From Candidatus Sulfidibacterium sp. (lineage in GTDB: Bacteria; Bacteroidota; Bacteroidia; Bacteroidales; F082), in contig JBJKPL010000280.1 of assembly GCA_046706345.1 (NCBI GenBank), positions 1-37,506 of the forward strand: a stretch of 37,506 bases of DNA. The letters are read 5' to 3'. Below, one piece after another: positions 9,715-19,336 of this stretch. Made by a program: the position numbers and the translations under genes. Position 1 is the first letter of the stretch; each line of letters begins with the position of its first letter. The notes under the pieces are model-generated. The model saw only the letters and a program-made list of their open reading frames with translations. It had not been told where the DNA came from and did no database searches.

Positions 9715-10389
9715 ATGGAAGTTTACATCATTATCGTAGCCGGCGGCAAAGGCCAGCGACTGGATCCCCTCACCCCCAAACAGTTTCATTTGTTGGACGG
9801 TCGCCCGGTGGTGATGCACACTTTCGATGCCTTCGCCGAATTTTATGGAAAAGCGAAATTTCTGCTCGTCCTTCCGGGAACCGAGATCGGCAGATGGAAA
9901 CATCTGCGGTACGAATTTAATTTCGAGGTGCCTCACGAAATTGTGGAGGGGGGGCCCACCCGATTTCATTCGGTGAAAAATGCACTGGCGCTGGTACCTG
10001 AAAAATGCCTTGTCTTCATTCATGATGCGGCGCGTCCGCTGGTGGATAAAACGACCATCGCCAATTGCCACCGGACGGCAAAAATCCATGGAAATGCCAT
10101 TCCCGTCGTGCCTTCGACGGAGTCGCTGCGGATGGTGGAAAACGGCCTGAGCCGGGCAGTCAACCGTGAAAACTTTAAAGCGGTTCAGACACCTCAGGTT
10201 TTTTATTCCGCGTTGATCAAAAATGCGTATAGCCAGACTTATCACGATCTCTTTACCGATGATGCTTCCGTGGTGGAAGCCATGGGTATTCAGTTGCACA
10301 TTGTCGAAGGAAACCCGGACAACATCAAGATCACGCGGCCCGGGGACCTGGGTTACGCCGAAGCGGTACTGGCCGCACGAAAAGGCTGA
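9715..10389 (+). CDS. ispD: 2-C-methyl-D-erythritol 4-phosphate cytidylyltransferase
   Basis: AGGKGQRL...PKQF, GGPTRFHSV, IHDAARP, QTPQVF, TDDASV, NIKITRPGDL. Confidence 0.93.
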   Translation: MEVYIIIVAGGKGQRLDPLTPKQFHLLDGRPVVMHTFDAFAEFYGKAKFLLVLPGTEIGRWKHLRYEFNFEVPHEIVEGGPTRFHSVKNALALVPEKCLVFIHDAARPLVDKTTIANCHRTAKIHGNAIPVVPSTESLRMVENGLSRAVNRENFKAVQTPQVFYSALIKNAYSQTYHDLFTDDASVVEAMGIQLHIVEGNPDNIKITRPGDLGYAEAVLAARKG

Positions 10390-10469
10390 TCAGGCGGACC
10401 ATCTCTTTCGGTATTCCGAAAATCCCCGGTTAACGACACCAGGGTATTTTGGGCAGTCAATTATAGTTT

Positions 10470-10477
10470 TATATTTG
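10470..10477 (+). promoter_or_regulatory. -7 promoter box for the SprT-like gene
   Basis: TATATTTG, 8 nt before ATG 10486. Confidence 0.55.
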
Positions 10478-10485
10478 TCATCTGT

Positions 10486-11088
10486 ATGAAAGAAAAGGAG
10501 TTACTCGAAAAATATTTACCTTCTCCGGTGGTGGATACCGTGTTGGAAGATCTCATCCGTCACCGGGTGCACCTGAAAATTACCCGCAGCCGGAAGACCA
10601 AACTGGGAGATTTCCGGCCCCATTTCCAGGGTGCCAACCCACGGATCTCTGTCAACAACGACCTGAATCCCTATGCTTTTTTTGTGACTTTTGTCCATGA
10701 GTTTTCCCATCTGCTGGCCTACGAAAAATACGGCCATTTGCGGCAACCCCACGGCCTGGAATGGAAGCAGATCTACGCCGAACAGCTGGGAAGGTTTTTG
10801 GGGAAAGCGATCTTTCCGCCGGAGCTGGAAAAAGCCATCGAAAAGCATCTGAAAAACATCAAGGCTTCCAGCCACTCCGATCTGGAACTGACCCGCGCTT
10901 TTCAGAAATATGATCCGCATCAAATCCTGAGGCTGGAGGATCTGCAGCAAGGCGAGATTTTCGTCTTTCAACGCGACCGCAAATTCAGGATCCTCGAAAA
11001 GGTCCGCAAGCGTTACAAATGCCAGGAAATTGTCAATAATAAGATCTATCTTTTCAATGCCCTGACCCCGGTAAAACGGCATGAATAA
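10486..11088 (+). CDS. SprT-like zinc metalloprotease domain protein
   Basis: RKTKLGDFR, HEFSH (HExxH) and PHGLEWK match the Bacteroidota SprT family. Confidence 0.85.
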   Translation: MKEKELLEKYLPSPVVDTVLEDLIRHRVHLKITRSRKTKLGDFRPHFQGANPRISVNNDLNPYAFFVTFVHEFSHLLAYEKYGHLRQPHGLEWKQIYAEQLGRFLGKAIFPPELEKAIEKHLKNIKASSHSDLELTRAFQKYDPHQILRLEDLQQGEIFVFQRDRKFRILEKVRKRYKCQEIVNNKIYLFNALTPVKRHE

Positions 11089-11269
11089 AATTCTTTGGGT
11101 GGATAAACTCAACCGGCGGATTCCTCCCGGCATCGAATATTTCAAGAAAATCGTAATGCGTTGAATAACAAAAGAATCATCTTTTTATGGATGAAAGATC
11201 CGCCCTCAAAGTTTTACTCGGGATTTTACAAGAAATCCGATTGAAACTCGTTTTTTAGGTAAAATCTGT

Positions 11270-11277
11270 TAAATTTG
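11270..11277 (+). promoter_or_regulatory. -7 promoter box for mannose-1-phosphate guanylyltransferase
   Basis: TAAATTTG, 19 nt before ATG 11297. Confidence 0.55.
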
Positions 11278-11296
11278 CCTATCTAAAAAAATTACC

Positions 11297-12385
11297 ATGG
11301 ACAATTATTACTGTGTGATCATGGCCGGGGGAGTAGGCTCCCGATTCTGGCCCATGAGTCGTACCGCCTTCCCGAAACAATTTATCGATGTGTTGGGGAT
11401 GGGGCGAACCCTGATCCAGATGACTTTTGACCGTGTTTGTAAAGTGCTGCCTGCAAAAAACATTTTCATCGTCACCAACGATTCCTATAAAGCGCTGGTG
11501 TTACAACAGCTTCCCGAGATCGACCCTTCACGGGTACTTTGCGAGCCTTCGCGTCGGAATACGGCCCCTTGTATTGCCTATGCCAATTACAAGATCAAGG
11601 AAGAAAATGAAAATGCCGTGGTGGTGGTGGCTCCCTCAGACCATGTGATCCTGAATGAAGAGGAATTTGTAAGAGACATCCAAACCGCGCTGCACGCCGC
11701 CGAAAGCAACGACTGGCTGATCACCCTGGGCATCCTTCCCAGCCGGCCTGATACCGGATACGGGTACATTCAGTTTGAAGATAAAATGGTGTATCCCGAG
11801 GACAACCGGCTGAAAAAAGTCAAAACGTTTACCGAGAAACCTTCGCTTGAAATTGCCAAATCGTTTATCGCCAGCGGCGATTTTCTTTGGAACTCGGGCA
11901 TGTTTGTCTGGTCACTGAAAAGCATCATGGTCGCTTTCGATCAATTTCTGAGCGACGTGGACGTTTTGTTCGAAAAAGGTGTTGGGAAATACAACACGTC
12001 CGAAGAGGATGAATTCATTAGGGAAACCTATGCGGTTTGTAAAAATTTTTCCATCGACTATGGTGTGATGGAACGTGCAAAAAACGTCTATGTTCTCAGC
12101 GTGGACTTCGGCTGGTCTGACCTGGGCACCTGGGGTTCCCTCTATGCCAACCGTGAAAAGGACGAAAACCAGAATGCCATCGTGGGCGATAATGTCATGG
12201 TTTATGATACCCAGAACTGTATCGTCAATATCTCGGATAAAAAGCTTGTGGTGTTGCAGGGACTGGACGATTACATTGTCGTGGAGGAAGAAGGTGCCCT
12301 GCTCATCTGCCGCAAGCAGGATGAACAGCAGATCCGTCAGATCGTCAACGACGTGAAGGTGGAAAAGGGCGAAAAATATATTTAG
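11297..12385 (+). CDS. manC: Mannose-1-phosphate guanylyltransferase (monofunctional, no C-terminal cupin isomerase domain)
   Basis: IMAGGVGSRFWPMSR..PKQF, EPSRRNTAPCI, PSDH, TGYGYI, FTEKP, WNSGMF, SIDYGVME, WSDLGTW. Confidence 0.92.
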   Translation: MDNYYCVIMAGGVGSRFWPMSRTAFPKQFIDVLGMGRTLIQMTFDRVCKVLPAKNIFIVTNDSYKALVLQQLPEIDPSRVLCEPSRRNTAPCIAYANYKIKEENENAVVVVAPSDHVILNEEEFVRDIQTALHAAESNDWLITLGILPSRPDTGYGYIQFEDKMVYPEDNRLKKVKTFTEKPSLEIAKSFIASGDFLWNSGMFVWSLKSIMVAFDQFLSDVDVLFEKGVGKYNTSEEDEFIRETYAVCKNFSIDYGVMERAKNVYVLSVDFGWSDLGTWGSLYANREKDENQNAIVGDNVMVYDTQNCIVNISDKKLVVLQGLDDYIVVEEEGALLICRKQDEQQIRQIVNDVKVEKGEKYI

Positions 12386-12403
12386 CCAACGACGGTTAGG
12401 CAA

Positions 12404-12432
12404 TCCCTGCTGCAGGGAGAATCCTGCGGGAT
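12404..12432. repeat. Intergenic palindromes after manC
   Basis: TCCCTG-ctg-CAGGGA (12404-12418), followed by ATCC-tgcg-GGAT (12421-12432); no U-tract directly after. Confidence 0.35.
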
Positions 12433-12465
12433 AATTTTCTATTTTTAAGTTTTGGTTAGAGGTCC

Positions 12466-12473
12466 TATTTTTG
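12466..12473 (+). promoter_or_regulatory. -7 promoter box for porZ-recO
   Basis: TATTTTTG, ending 6 nt before ATG 12480. The ORF-track TTG start (12471) is part of this box. Confidence 0.6.
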
Positions 12474-12479
12474 TCTCTT

Positions 12480-14816
12480 ATGAAAAGACTTGTATCCTTC
12501 ATTCTTCTTTTCAATGTCCTGATTCTAAGTTCACTTCGAGCCCAGATACCGGCCATCGGGCACTGGAGAACCCATCTGCCTTACCAGAAAGTCATCGATA
12601 TTGCCGTCGCGGGAGATATTGTTTACGCCGCTACGCCTTACAGTTTGTTCACCTACAATACCAGCGATGATCAGCTGGCCCCATTTGGCCGGGTAAAAGG
12701 CCTCAACGACATCGGGATCTCGAAGATTGCCTACGATCCGCAGGAGCAGATCCTGATGGTTGCTTATGCCGATGCCAACATTGATCTGATCGACAACAAA
12801 GGAAATGTCTTCAACATACCTGATATTTACAACAAAGCCATGCTTGGGGTCAAAACCATCAACAACATCTTTTTTGACGGCAAACTGGCCTATCTCTCCT
12901 GCAGTTTCGGGATCGTCGTGGTCGATCTGAACAAACAGGAAATAAAAGATACCTACTATATTGGTGACAACGGAAGTGCCATGAATGTGCTGGATTTTAC
13001 CGCCAACGACACTTCTTTTTTTGCAGCCACAGGCAAAGGCATTTTTTATGCCAACCGTGCCGCTAACAACCTGGCGGATTTTCACCAGTGGCACCAGGAT
13101 CTGCGGTTTCCCCATCCGGATCAGACCTTTAACCTCGTGACGGCTTTCGCCGGAAAGGTCTATGCCAATTATTATTCCGGAACATGGGACGGCGATACGC
13201 TTTATGTTTTTAACGGTAAAAACTGGAATTATTTCGAACCATTGAATCATGAACGACACAGCCAGTTGAATGCGGAATCCAACGCGTTGCTACTGGTGAA
13301 TCGTTATTCGGTGAATGCCTATGATGCCAACGGGACCAATATTCTTCATATCGACAATCCGCTGGGCTCGGGATTCGAACCTTTGGCGGTACAGGGTGAT
13401 GTGAACGCTTCGCTATGGATCGGTACCAGCTCACGCGGCTTGCTGGAATCTTCCAATCAGGGCGCTAACGATCAGTTTTTTAAACCCAACGGACCGGGAA
13501 CCACGAATGTGTTCGACCTGAGCGCCGCCGGCAACAATGTCTGGGTCGTCCCGGGAGGCTACCAGTCCGACTGGTCGAAAGCCTATATCCACGATGGCGT
13601 TTTTTCGTTTGTAAATGATCAATGGACGACTTTTGACCAGACAAACACACCTGCCTTCGATACCATTTCCGACTGGGTTTGCGTGAAAGCCGACCCTGCC
13701 AATCCTTCGGTTGCCTACGTGGGCACCTGGCAAACCGGAGTCCTGAAATTTGAAAACAACAAACTTTCCACAGTCTTTTCCAGAAATAACAGCAGCCTGG
13801 AACCGTGGGTCGCCAACCCGAGCCTGGTGAACATCAGCGGGATGGACTTCGACAGTCAGCATGATCTCTGGGTTGCCAACTCGGGTGCGTACGACCTGCT
13901 GTCGGTGCTCGAAAGCAATGGAAAATGGAAGTCTTTTAATCTCGGCAGCAGCCTCAGCGGCATCGATGTCGGAAAACTGATGGTCGATCAGAACAATAAT
14001 GTCTGGATCATCAAACGCAACAACGGCATGCACATCGTGTATAACTTCAACGGCACGCCGGACGACCCGTCCGACGATCAGGTGAAGGTACTGGGTTCCG
14101 GCGCCGGTAACGGCAATCTCCCGGGCAGCGGCGTGTATTCCATGGCCACGGACAAAAATGGTGAAGTTTGGGTGGGAACCGATGCCGGTGTGGCGGTATT
14201 TTACAATCCGGCGGACATTTTTTCCTCCGGTACCAATTTTGATGCCCAGCAAATCCTCGTACCCAGGAACGACGGTTCAGGACTTGCCGACCTGTTGCTG
14301 GCTTCGGAAACCGTGACCGCCATCACCGTCGACGGGGCCAACAGGAAGTGGATCGGTACCAAACGCAGCGGGGTGTTCCTGCTATCGCCGGATGGGCTGA
14401 AACAGATCTATCATTTTACCACCGCCGACAGTCCGTTGCTTTCGGATAACATCACCGGTATCACGCTGGATAAGGACGGGGAAGTGTTCATTGGCACGGA
14501 CAAAGGGCTTATTTCCTTTCGGGGAACGGCAACGGAGGGGAAGAGCACCAATAGTGACGTCTATGCTTTTCCGAACCCTGTTCGCCAGAATTATTCGGGT
14601 CCCATCGCCATCAAAGGCCTGGTTACCGATGCCGACGTGAAGATCACGGATTCATACGGAAATCTGGTGTTTGAAACCAAAGCCAACGGAGGACAAGCCA
14701 TCTGGGACGGGTACAACCTGGATCATCAACGGGTCAGCACCGGGGTTTACATGGTTTTCATTACCAACAGCGACGGCTCCCAAACGCTGGTGACAAAGAT
14801 CCTGGTGATACACTAG
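12480..14816 (+). CDS. porZ: T9SS component PorZ (beta-propeller protein with C-terminal T9SS sorting domain)
   Basis: Signal peptide, then IGHWRTHLPY; propeller repeats (VWVGTDAGV, DGANRKWIGT, VFIGTDKGL); CTD VYAFPNPV...VKITDSYGNLV...WDG...STGVY; directly upstream of recO, as is usual in Bacteroidota. Confidence 0.88.
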   Translation: MKRLVSFILLFNVLILSSLRAQIPAIGHWRTHLPYQKVIDIAVAGDIVYAATPYSLFTYNTSDDQLAPFGRVKGLNDIGISKIAYDPQEQILMVAYADANIDLIDNKGNVFNIPDIYNKAMLGVKTINNIFFDGKLAYLSCSFGIVVVDLNKQEIKDTYYIGDNGSAMNVLDFTANDTSFFAATGKGIFYANRAANNLADFHQWHQDLRFPHPDQTFNLVTAFAGKVYANYYSGTWDGDTLYVFNGKNWNYFEPLNHERHSQLNAESNALLLVNRYSVNAYDANGTNILHIDNPLGSGFEPLAVQGDVNASLWIGTSSRGLLESSNQGANDQFFKPNGPGTTNVFDLSAAGNNVWVVPGGYQSDWSKAYIHDGVFSFVNDQWTTFDQTNTPAFDTISDWVCVKADPANPSVAYVGTWQTGVLKFENNKLSTVFSRNNSSLEPWVANPSLVNISGMDFDSQHDLWVANSGAYDLLSVLESNGKWKSFNLGSSLSGIDVGKLMVDQNNNVWIIKRNNGMHIVYNFNGTPDDPSDDQVKVLGSGAGNGNLPGSGVYSMATDKNGEVWVGTDAGVAVFYNPADIFSSGTNFDAQQILVPRNDGSGLADLLLASETVTAITVDGANRKWIGTKRSGVFLLSPDGLKQIYHFTTADSPLLSDNITGITLDKDGEVFIGTDKGLISFRGTATEGKSTNSDVYAFPNPVRQNYSGPIAIKGLVTDADVKITDSYGNLVFETKANGGQAIWDGYNLDHQRVSTGVYMVFITNSDGSQTLVTKILVIH

Positions 14817-14849
14817 AAGCCGAAAAAGAACAACAAACTGCAACCAGCC

Positions 14850-15596
14850 ATGAACATCACCACGCGGGGCATCGTTTTCAACAAAGTGAAATACGGAGAA
14901 TCTTCACTGGTGGTGAAGATTTTCACCGAAGAGCTCGGACTGCAGTCGTATATGGTAAAGGGCGTCACCGGCAAAAACGCCCGGCTGAAACCTTCGCTTT
15001 TTCAACCGCTCACCTTGCTGGAAATGGTCGTCTACCACAAAGGAACCCATGGTTTGCAGCTTGTCCGGGAAGCCAGGATTTCGCAACCCTGGCAGCACAT
15101 CCCGTTTTCACCCGAAAAGCAAAGCATCCTGATGTTTCTGGATGAGGTCCTTTACAAGACCGTCCGACACGAAACCCCTGACAAAGCGTTGTTCGATTGG
15201 ATCTTTCATACACTGGTATGGTTCGACCTGGAAGAAAAACATTTCCTGAATTTTCATCTGCTTTTCCTGATGCAGCTCACCCGTTTTCTGGGCTTTTCGC
15301 CCAAACGTGAAACGGCCGCCAAGGCAGCTCCACCGTTTTTCGACATGCAGGAGGGCCATTTTTCTGCCATCCATCCCGGACATCCTTACTTTCTGGAAGG
15401 GGAACAGGCGGAGATCTTTTTTGCTTTGACGCAGCTGGGACTGGACGGACTGAAAACATTCCATATCAACAACAGGTTGCGCCGTGCCCTGCTGGATGCT
15501 CTGATCACATATTACCAGCTGCATCTCCCCGAGTTGGGCAAGATCAAATCATTGGAAGTGTTGCGGGTGATGAGTGATACCGGAAAATCTAATTAG
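14850..15596 (+). CDS. recO: DNA repair protein RecO
   Basis: TRGIVFNKVKYGESSLVVKIFTEELG OB-fold start, FQPLTLLE, FLMQLTRFLGFSP, KSLEVL. Confidence 0.92.
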   Translation: MNITTRGIVFNKVKYGESSLVVKIFTEELGLQSYMVKGVTGKNARLKPSLFQPLTLLEMVVYHKGTHGLQLVREARISQPWQHIPFSPEKQSILMFLDEVLYKTVRHETPDKALFDWIFHTLVWFDLEEKHFLNFHLLFLMQLTRFLGFSPKRETAAKAAPPFFDMQEGHFSAIHPGHPYFLEGEQAEIFFALTQLGLDGLKTFHINNRLRRALLDALITYYQLHLPELGKIKSLEVLRVMSDTGKSN

Positions 15597-16293
15597 CCTG
15601 ATGCTCTTCGAATTTCATGCTGAAAACCGTTTCGAATTCCCGGAGTAGAAATTGTTTAACTTCCTTCATATCAACCGGATGCCCCAGTTCTTTTTGAAGT
15701 GAAGTTACTCCCTTGTTGGAGATTCCGCAAGGAATAATCATCTGGAAATAATCCAGGTCGGTATTGATGTTGATGGCCAGCCCGTGCATGCTGATCTTCC
15801 GGTGGATCTTCAGGCCCACCGCGGCGATCTTTCGGGCTTTCCCCGGCCGCGTGGCGTCGATCCAAACGCCGGCTGCATTCTCGATCCGGGAACCGGCAAG
15901 ACCATAATGGCGAATGGTCCGGATGATGGCCGACTCAATCCCAAAAACAAATTCTTTTGGTGAAACATGAAGCTTTTCAAGGTCAAAGACGGGATAAACC
16001 GTTAATTGTCCGGGTCCATGATAGGTGATGTCGCCGCCGCGATCGATGGGATAAAAACCAATACCCTTTTCTTTCAGCACAGCATCGGAAATCAGCAGGT
16101 TTTTCCTGTCTCCGTTTTTTCCCAGCGTAAAAACGTGGTTGTGCTCACAAAACAACAAACGGCTATCGGTATTTTCTCCCTGTTCCTTGGCCTCCAGTAG
16201 TTTGTTGAACATGTGTAACAGGTAATCCCAGGCTTTTTTATAATCTACAGGACCTAAATCTTCCCATTTGGCTTGAAAAACTGCGTCAGACAT
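15589..16293 (-). CDS. lipB: Lipoyl(octanoyl) transferase
   Basis: CEHNHVFTLG, DRGGDITYHGPGQL, RKIAAVG, HGLAININTDL, IIPCGI. Confidence 0.97.
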   Translation of the reverse strand: MSDAVFQAKWEDLGPVDYKKAWDYLLHMFNKLLEAKEQGENTDSRLLFCEHNHVFTLGKNGDRKNLLISDAVLKEKGIGFYPIDRGGDITYHGPGQLTVYPVFDLEKLHVSPKEFVFGIESAIIRTIRHYGLAGSRIENAAGVWIDATRPGKARKIAAVGLKIHRKISMHGLAININTDLDYFQMIIPCGISNKGVTSLQKELGHPVDMKEVKQFLLREFETVFSMKFEEHQAN

Positions 16294-17180
16294 TACAATT
16301 TCTTTTTTTGAGGAACATGTTTTTCTGCGTGATAGGAAGAGCGAACCAACGGGCCGCTTTCCACGAAATCAAAACCTTTTTCAATGCCGATCTGATGATA
16401 GAGGTTAAACTGTTCCGGTTTGATAAATTCTTTGACGGGCAAATGTTTTTTTGTCGGCTGCAAATATTGGCCGATGGTAAGCACACGCACGCCTACGGCC
16501 CGCAGGTCATCCATGAGCTCATACACTTCTTCCGGGGTTTCGCCGATGCCCACCATGATGCCTGATTTGGCCACGGTGCCCGAAGCGGCGATGTATTTCA
16601 GAACTTCGAGGCTGCGGTCGTACTTGGCACGGCTGCGGGTCCAGGGTGTGATGCGCCGGATGGTCTCCAGGTTGTGTGAGATCACTTCCGGACCGGCATC
16701 GATCACCTGCTGGATCAAATCCTCACGACCGTCAAAATCAGGGATCAACGTTTCGATGGTGGTCTCCGGGCAGAGTTCTTTAATTTTACGGATGGTCAGG
16801 GCCCAGATCTCGGCTCCGCCGTCTTTCAGATCGTCGCGGTCCACCGAAGTCAGCACGGCATGTTTCAGGTTCATCGACCTGACGGTTTCGGCCACCCGCA
16901 GTGGCTCGCCCCAGTCGGCAGGCAGGGGCCTCCCGGTCTTTACATTACAAAAACTGCAGGCCCGGGTGCAGATGTCTCCCAGGATCATCAGCGTGGCTGT
17001 TCCGCGGCCCCAGCATTCGTGCATATTCGGGCAATGACCGCTGGTGCAGATGGTATGCAGTTTTTTTCTTTCGACGATTTCCTTGACGGATATATATTCT
17101 TTCCCGGAAGGCACTTTGATTTTCAGCCAGTCGGGTTTACGAAGTATCGTGTTTGAATTTTCCATGATGTTATTGCTCAT
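16293..17180 (-). CDS. lipA: Lipoyl synthase
   Basis: KPDWLK, CX4CX5C ([12 protein letters not shown]), radical-SAM CX3CX2C (CTRACSFC), RSSY. Start is ATG 17180 or 17165; the ORF-track start lies upstream of the promoter box. Confidence 0.97.
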   Translation of the reverse strand: MSNNIMENSNTILRKPDWLKIKVPSGKEYISVKEIVERKKLHTICTSGHCPNMHECWGRGTATLMILGDICTRACSFCNVKTGRPLPADWGEPLRVAETVRSMNLKHAVLTSVDRDDLKDGGAEIWALTIRKIKELCPETTIETLIPDFDGREDLIQQVIDAGPEVISHNLETIRRITPWTRSRAKYDRSLEVLKYIAASGTVAKSGIMVGIGETPEEVYELMDDLRAVGVRVLTIGQYLQPTKKHLPVKEFIKPEQFNLYHQIGIEKGFDFVESGPLVRSSYHAEKHVPQKKKL

Positions 17181-17191
17181 TCTAGCGGCTG

Positions 17192-17199
17192 CAAAATTA
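17192..17199 (-). promoter_or_regulatory. -7 promoter box for lipA-lipB
   Basis: Minus-strand TAATTTTG, 11 nt before ATG 17180. Confidence 0.55.
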
Positions 17200-17469
17200 G
17201 GCAAAATTGGGCCCCATTGTCAATGAAAAAGTGTTCGATTTCCGGTTCCTCGCCTGGCGCGGTCTCTGGCGGAAGTTCAGGGCGCTTTTCAAACGTTTTG
17301 AAAATCGTTGGAAACTTAAATCACGGAAAAAAGATCGCGATGGATCGGAATTATTGATCAGATTCTACCGTCATCAGAAAAAAATTCCTTCTTTTGATCC
17401 TTCGATCAGGGAAATGGGTTCATTCATTTTTTTCGCCTTTCAATTCCTTTCGGAAAAAAGGTTTTTACC

Positions 17470-17477
17470 TACTTTTG
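17470..17477 (+). promoter_or_regulatory. -7 promoter box for mrdA-rodA
   Basis: TACTTTTG, 32 nt before ATG 17510. Confidence 0.55.
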
Positions 17478-17509
17478 TGTAGCATTTATCGGGAAACAGC
17501 GGGCTTTTC

Positions 17510-19336
17510 ATGTACAAAAAAAATTATTCAGGGCGTAAGTATGTAGTTATAGGCATTTTTGTGACGATTGCCCTGGTGTTTCTGGGGCGGCTGTTTTATC
17601 TGCAGATTGCCAGCAATCAGTATCAATTGTCGGCCCGCAACATTGCATTACGAAGGATCGTGGAATATCCGCCCCGGGGCAGGATCTTCGACCGGAGCCA
17701 TCACTTGCTGGTGTATAACGACGCCGTTTACGACCTGATGGTCATCCCCCGCCAGGTGAAAAATATTGACACGGCCAAATTCTGCCAGTTGCTCGGCATC
17801 ACCCGGCCTTTTTTCATCGACCAGATGAAAAAAGCCGAAAATTATTCCTATTACAAGCCTTCGGAATTTTTAAAACAATTGTCGAAGAAGGAAAAAGGGC
17901 CCATCGAGGAAGTCATGTATGAATTTCCGGGGTTTTATTTCCAAACCCGGACCTTACGTCATTACCCCATGCCCATTGCCGCCAATGTCCTTGGCAATGT
18001 GGGAGAGGTGAGCGACTACGATCTGCGAAAAGATCATTATTACAGCCCGGGAGATTATATCGGTAAATCCGGGATCGAGAAATATTACGAAAAAGAATTG
18101 CGGGGTAAAAAAGGGTCACGCATCGTGGAGGTGAACGTTCACAACATGGTGAAGGGGAGTTTTCAGAACGGAAAATTCGATACCCTGGCGGTTCAGGGGG
18201 AGGACGTCACCCTGGGGCTTGATGCCCAACTTCAGGCTTACGGTCAGAAACTCATGGTGAATAAAACCGGCAGTATCGTGGCGTTGGATCCCAAAACCGG
18301 CGAGATCCTCGCCATGGTCACCAGCCCTTCCTACGATCCCAACCTGCTGGTAGGCCGCTCCCGGTCGGAAAACTACTTCCGGTTGTTGAATGATTCATTA
18401 AAACCCCTGATGAACCGGGCCGTGATCGGAGCGTATCCTCCGGGATCCACGTTTAAACCGGTGAATGCCCTGATCGCTCTGGATGACGGGGTGATCACTG
18501 CCGGTACAATGTTTACCTGTCAGGGAAAGTCTTCGGTCCCCATTGCCTGTGATGAAAACCATGTCTCTCCGCTGGATATGATCACTGCCATTGCCCTTTC
18601 CTGTAATAGTTATTTCTGGAAGACGTTTAAGCGCATCATGGACAATCCCCGGTTTTCAGATATGCACGATGCCTACGTGGATTGGTATAACAAAGTCAGG
18701 ACCTTTGGCTTTGGCAAGACTTTTAACACCGACATTCCTTTTGAGCTGCCCGGAAACATACCTACCAAGCGTTACTTCGATAAACTGTACCGTGGCAGTT
18801 GGAATGCGCTCACCGTCCGGTCCCTGAGTATCGGCCAGGGAGAAATCCTGGTCACACCCATCCAGATGGCCAACGAAGCGGCCATTCTGGCCAACCGCGG
18901 CTATTATATCTCGCCTCATTTTATCGAATCCATCGGTAACGATGATACAGTGCCGGCCCGGTTTACGGAGAAACACTATGTTGCCGTGCAAAATCCCTTG
19001 TATTATCAGCAGGTGATTGAAGGGATGAAAGAGGTTTTTGATTCCAAGGTCGGAACGGCCCGGTTTTATAAGCTCGACAGCCTTTCCCAGGCGGGGAAGA
19101 CCGGTACGGCTCAGAATCCCCACGGCAAGGCGCACGCGCTGTTTATTGAATTTGCCCCTGTGGAACATCCGAAAATTGCCATTGCCGTCATCGTGGAGAA
19201 TGCCGGTTACGGAACCACCTGGGCCGCGCCCATTGCCAGCCTGATGGTGGAAAAATATCTGACGGGCAAGGTCACGAGAAAAAAACTGGAAGAAAAAATG
19301 TTCAAAGCCGATTTAAATCACAACACGAAACCATGA
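17510..19336 (+). CDS. mrdA: Penicillin-binding protein 2
   Basis: N-terminal TM, PRGRIFDR, GKSGIEKYYE, active-site motifs STFK, SCN and KTGT; followed by rodA. Confidence 0.95.
   Translation: MYKKNYSGRKYVVIGIFVTIALVFLGRLFYLQIASNQYQLSARNIALRRIVEYPPRGRIFDRSHHLLVYNDAVYDLMVIPRQVKNIDTAKFCQLLGITRPFFIDQMKKAENYSYYKPSEFLKQLSKKEKGPIEEVMYEFPGFYFQTRTLRHYPMPIAANVLGNVGEVSDYDLRKDHYYSPGDYIGKSGIEKYYEKELRGKKGSRIVEVNVHNMVKGSFQNGKFDTLAVQGEDVTLGLDAQLQAYGQKLMVNKTGSIVALDPKTGEILAMVTSPSYDPNLLVGRSRSENYFRLLNDSLKPLMNRAVIGAYPPGSTFKPVNALIALDDGVITAGTMFTCQGKSSVPIACDENHVSPLDMITAIALSCNSYFWKTFKRIMDNPRFSDMHDAYVDWYNKVRTFGFGKTFNTDIPFELPGNIPTKRYFDKLYRGSWNALTVRSLSIGQGEILVTPIQMANEAAILANRGYYISPHFIESIGNDDTVPARFTEKHYVAVQNPLYYQQVIEGMKEVFDSKVGTARFYKLDSLSQAGKTGTAQNPHGKAHALFIEFAPVEHPKIAIAVIVENAGYGTTWAAPIASLMVEKYLTGKVTRKKLEEKMFKADLNHNTKP

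Noticed and set aside
11218-11240. Weak hairpin TCGGGATTT...AAATCCGA upstream of manC
   Set aside because: Short, bulged and lacking a U-tract; no riboswitch or ncRNA pattern recognised.
17333-17407. Five GATC sites clustered in the lipA-mrdA intergenic region
   Set aside because: GATC is frequent throughout the window, and no DnaA-box pattern or other origin/methylation-switch evidence was seen.
17207-17482. 91-aa ORF in the lipA-mrdA intergenic region
   Set aside because: TTG start, no motifs, K/R/F-rich composition typical of translated AT-rich intergenic DNA, and it overlaps the mrdA promoter box.
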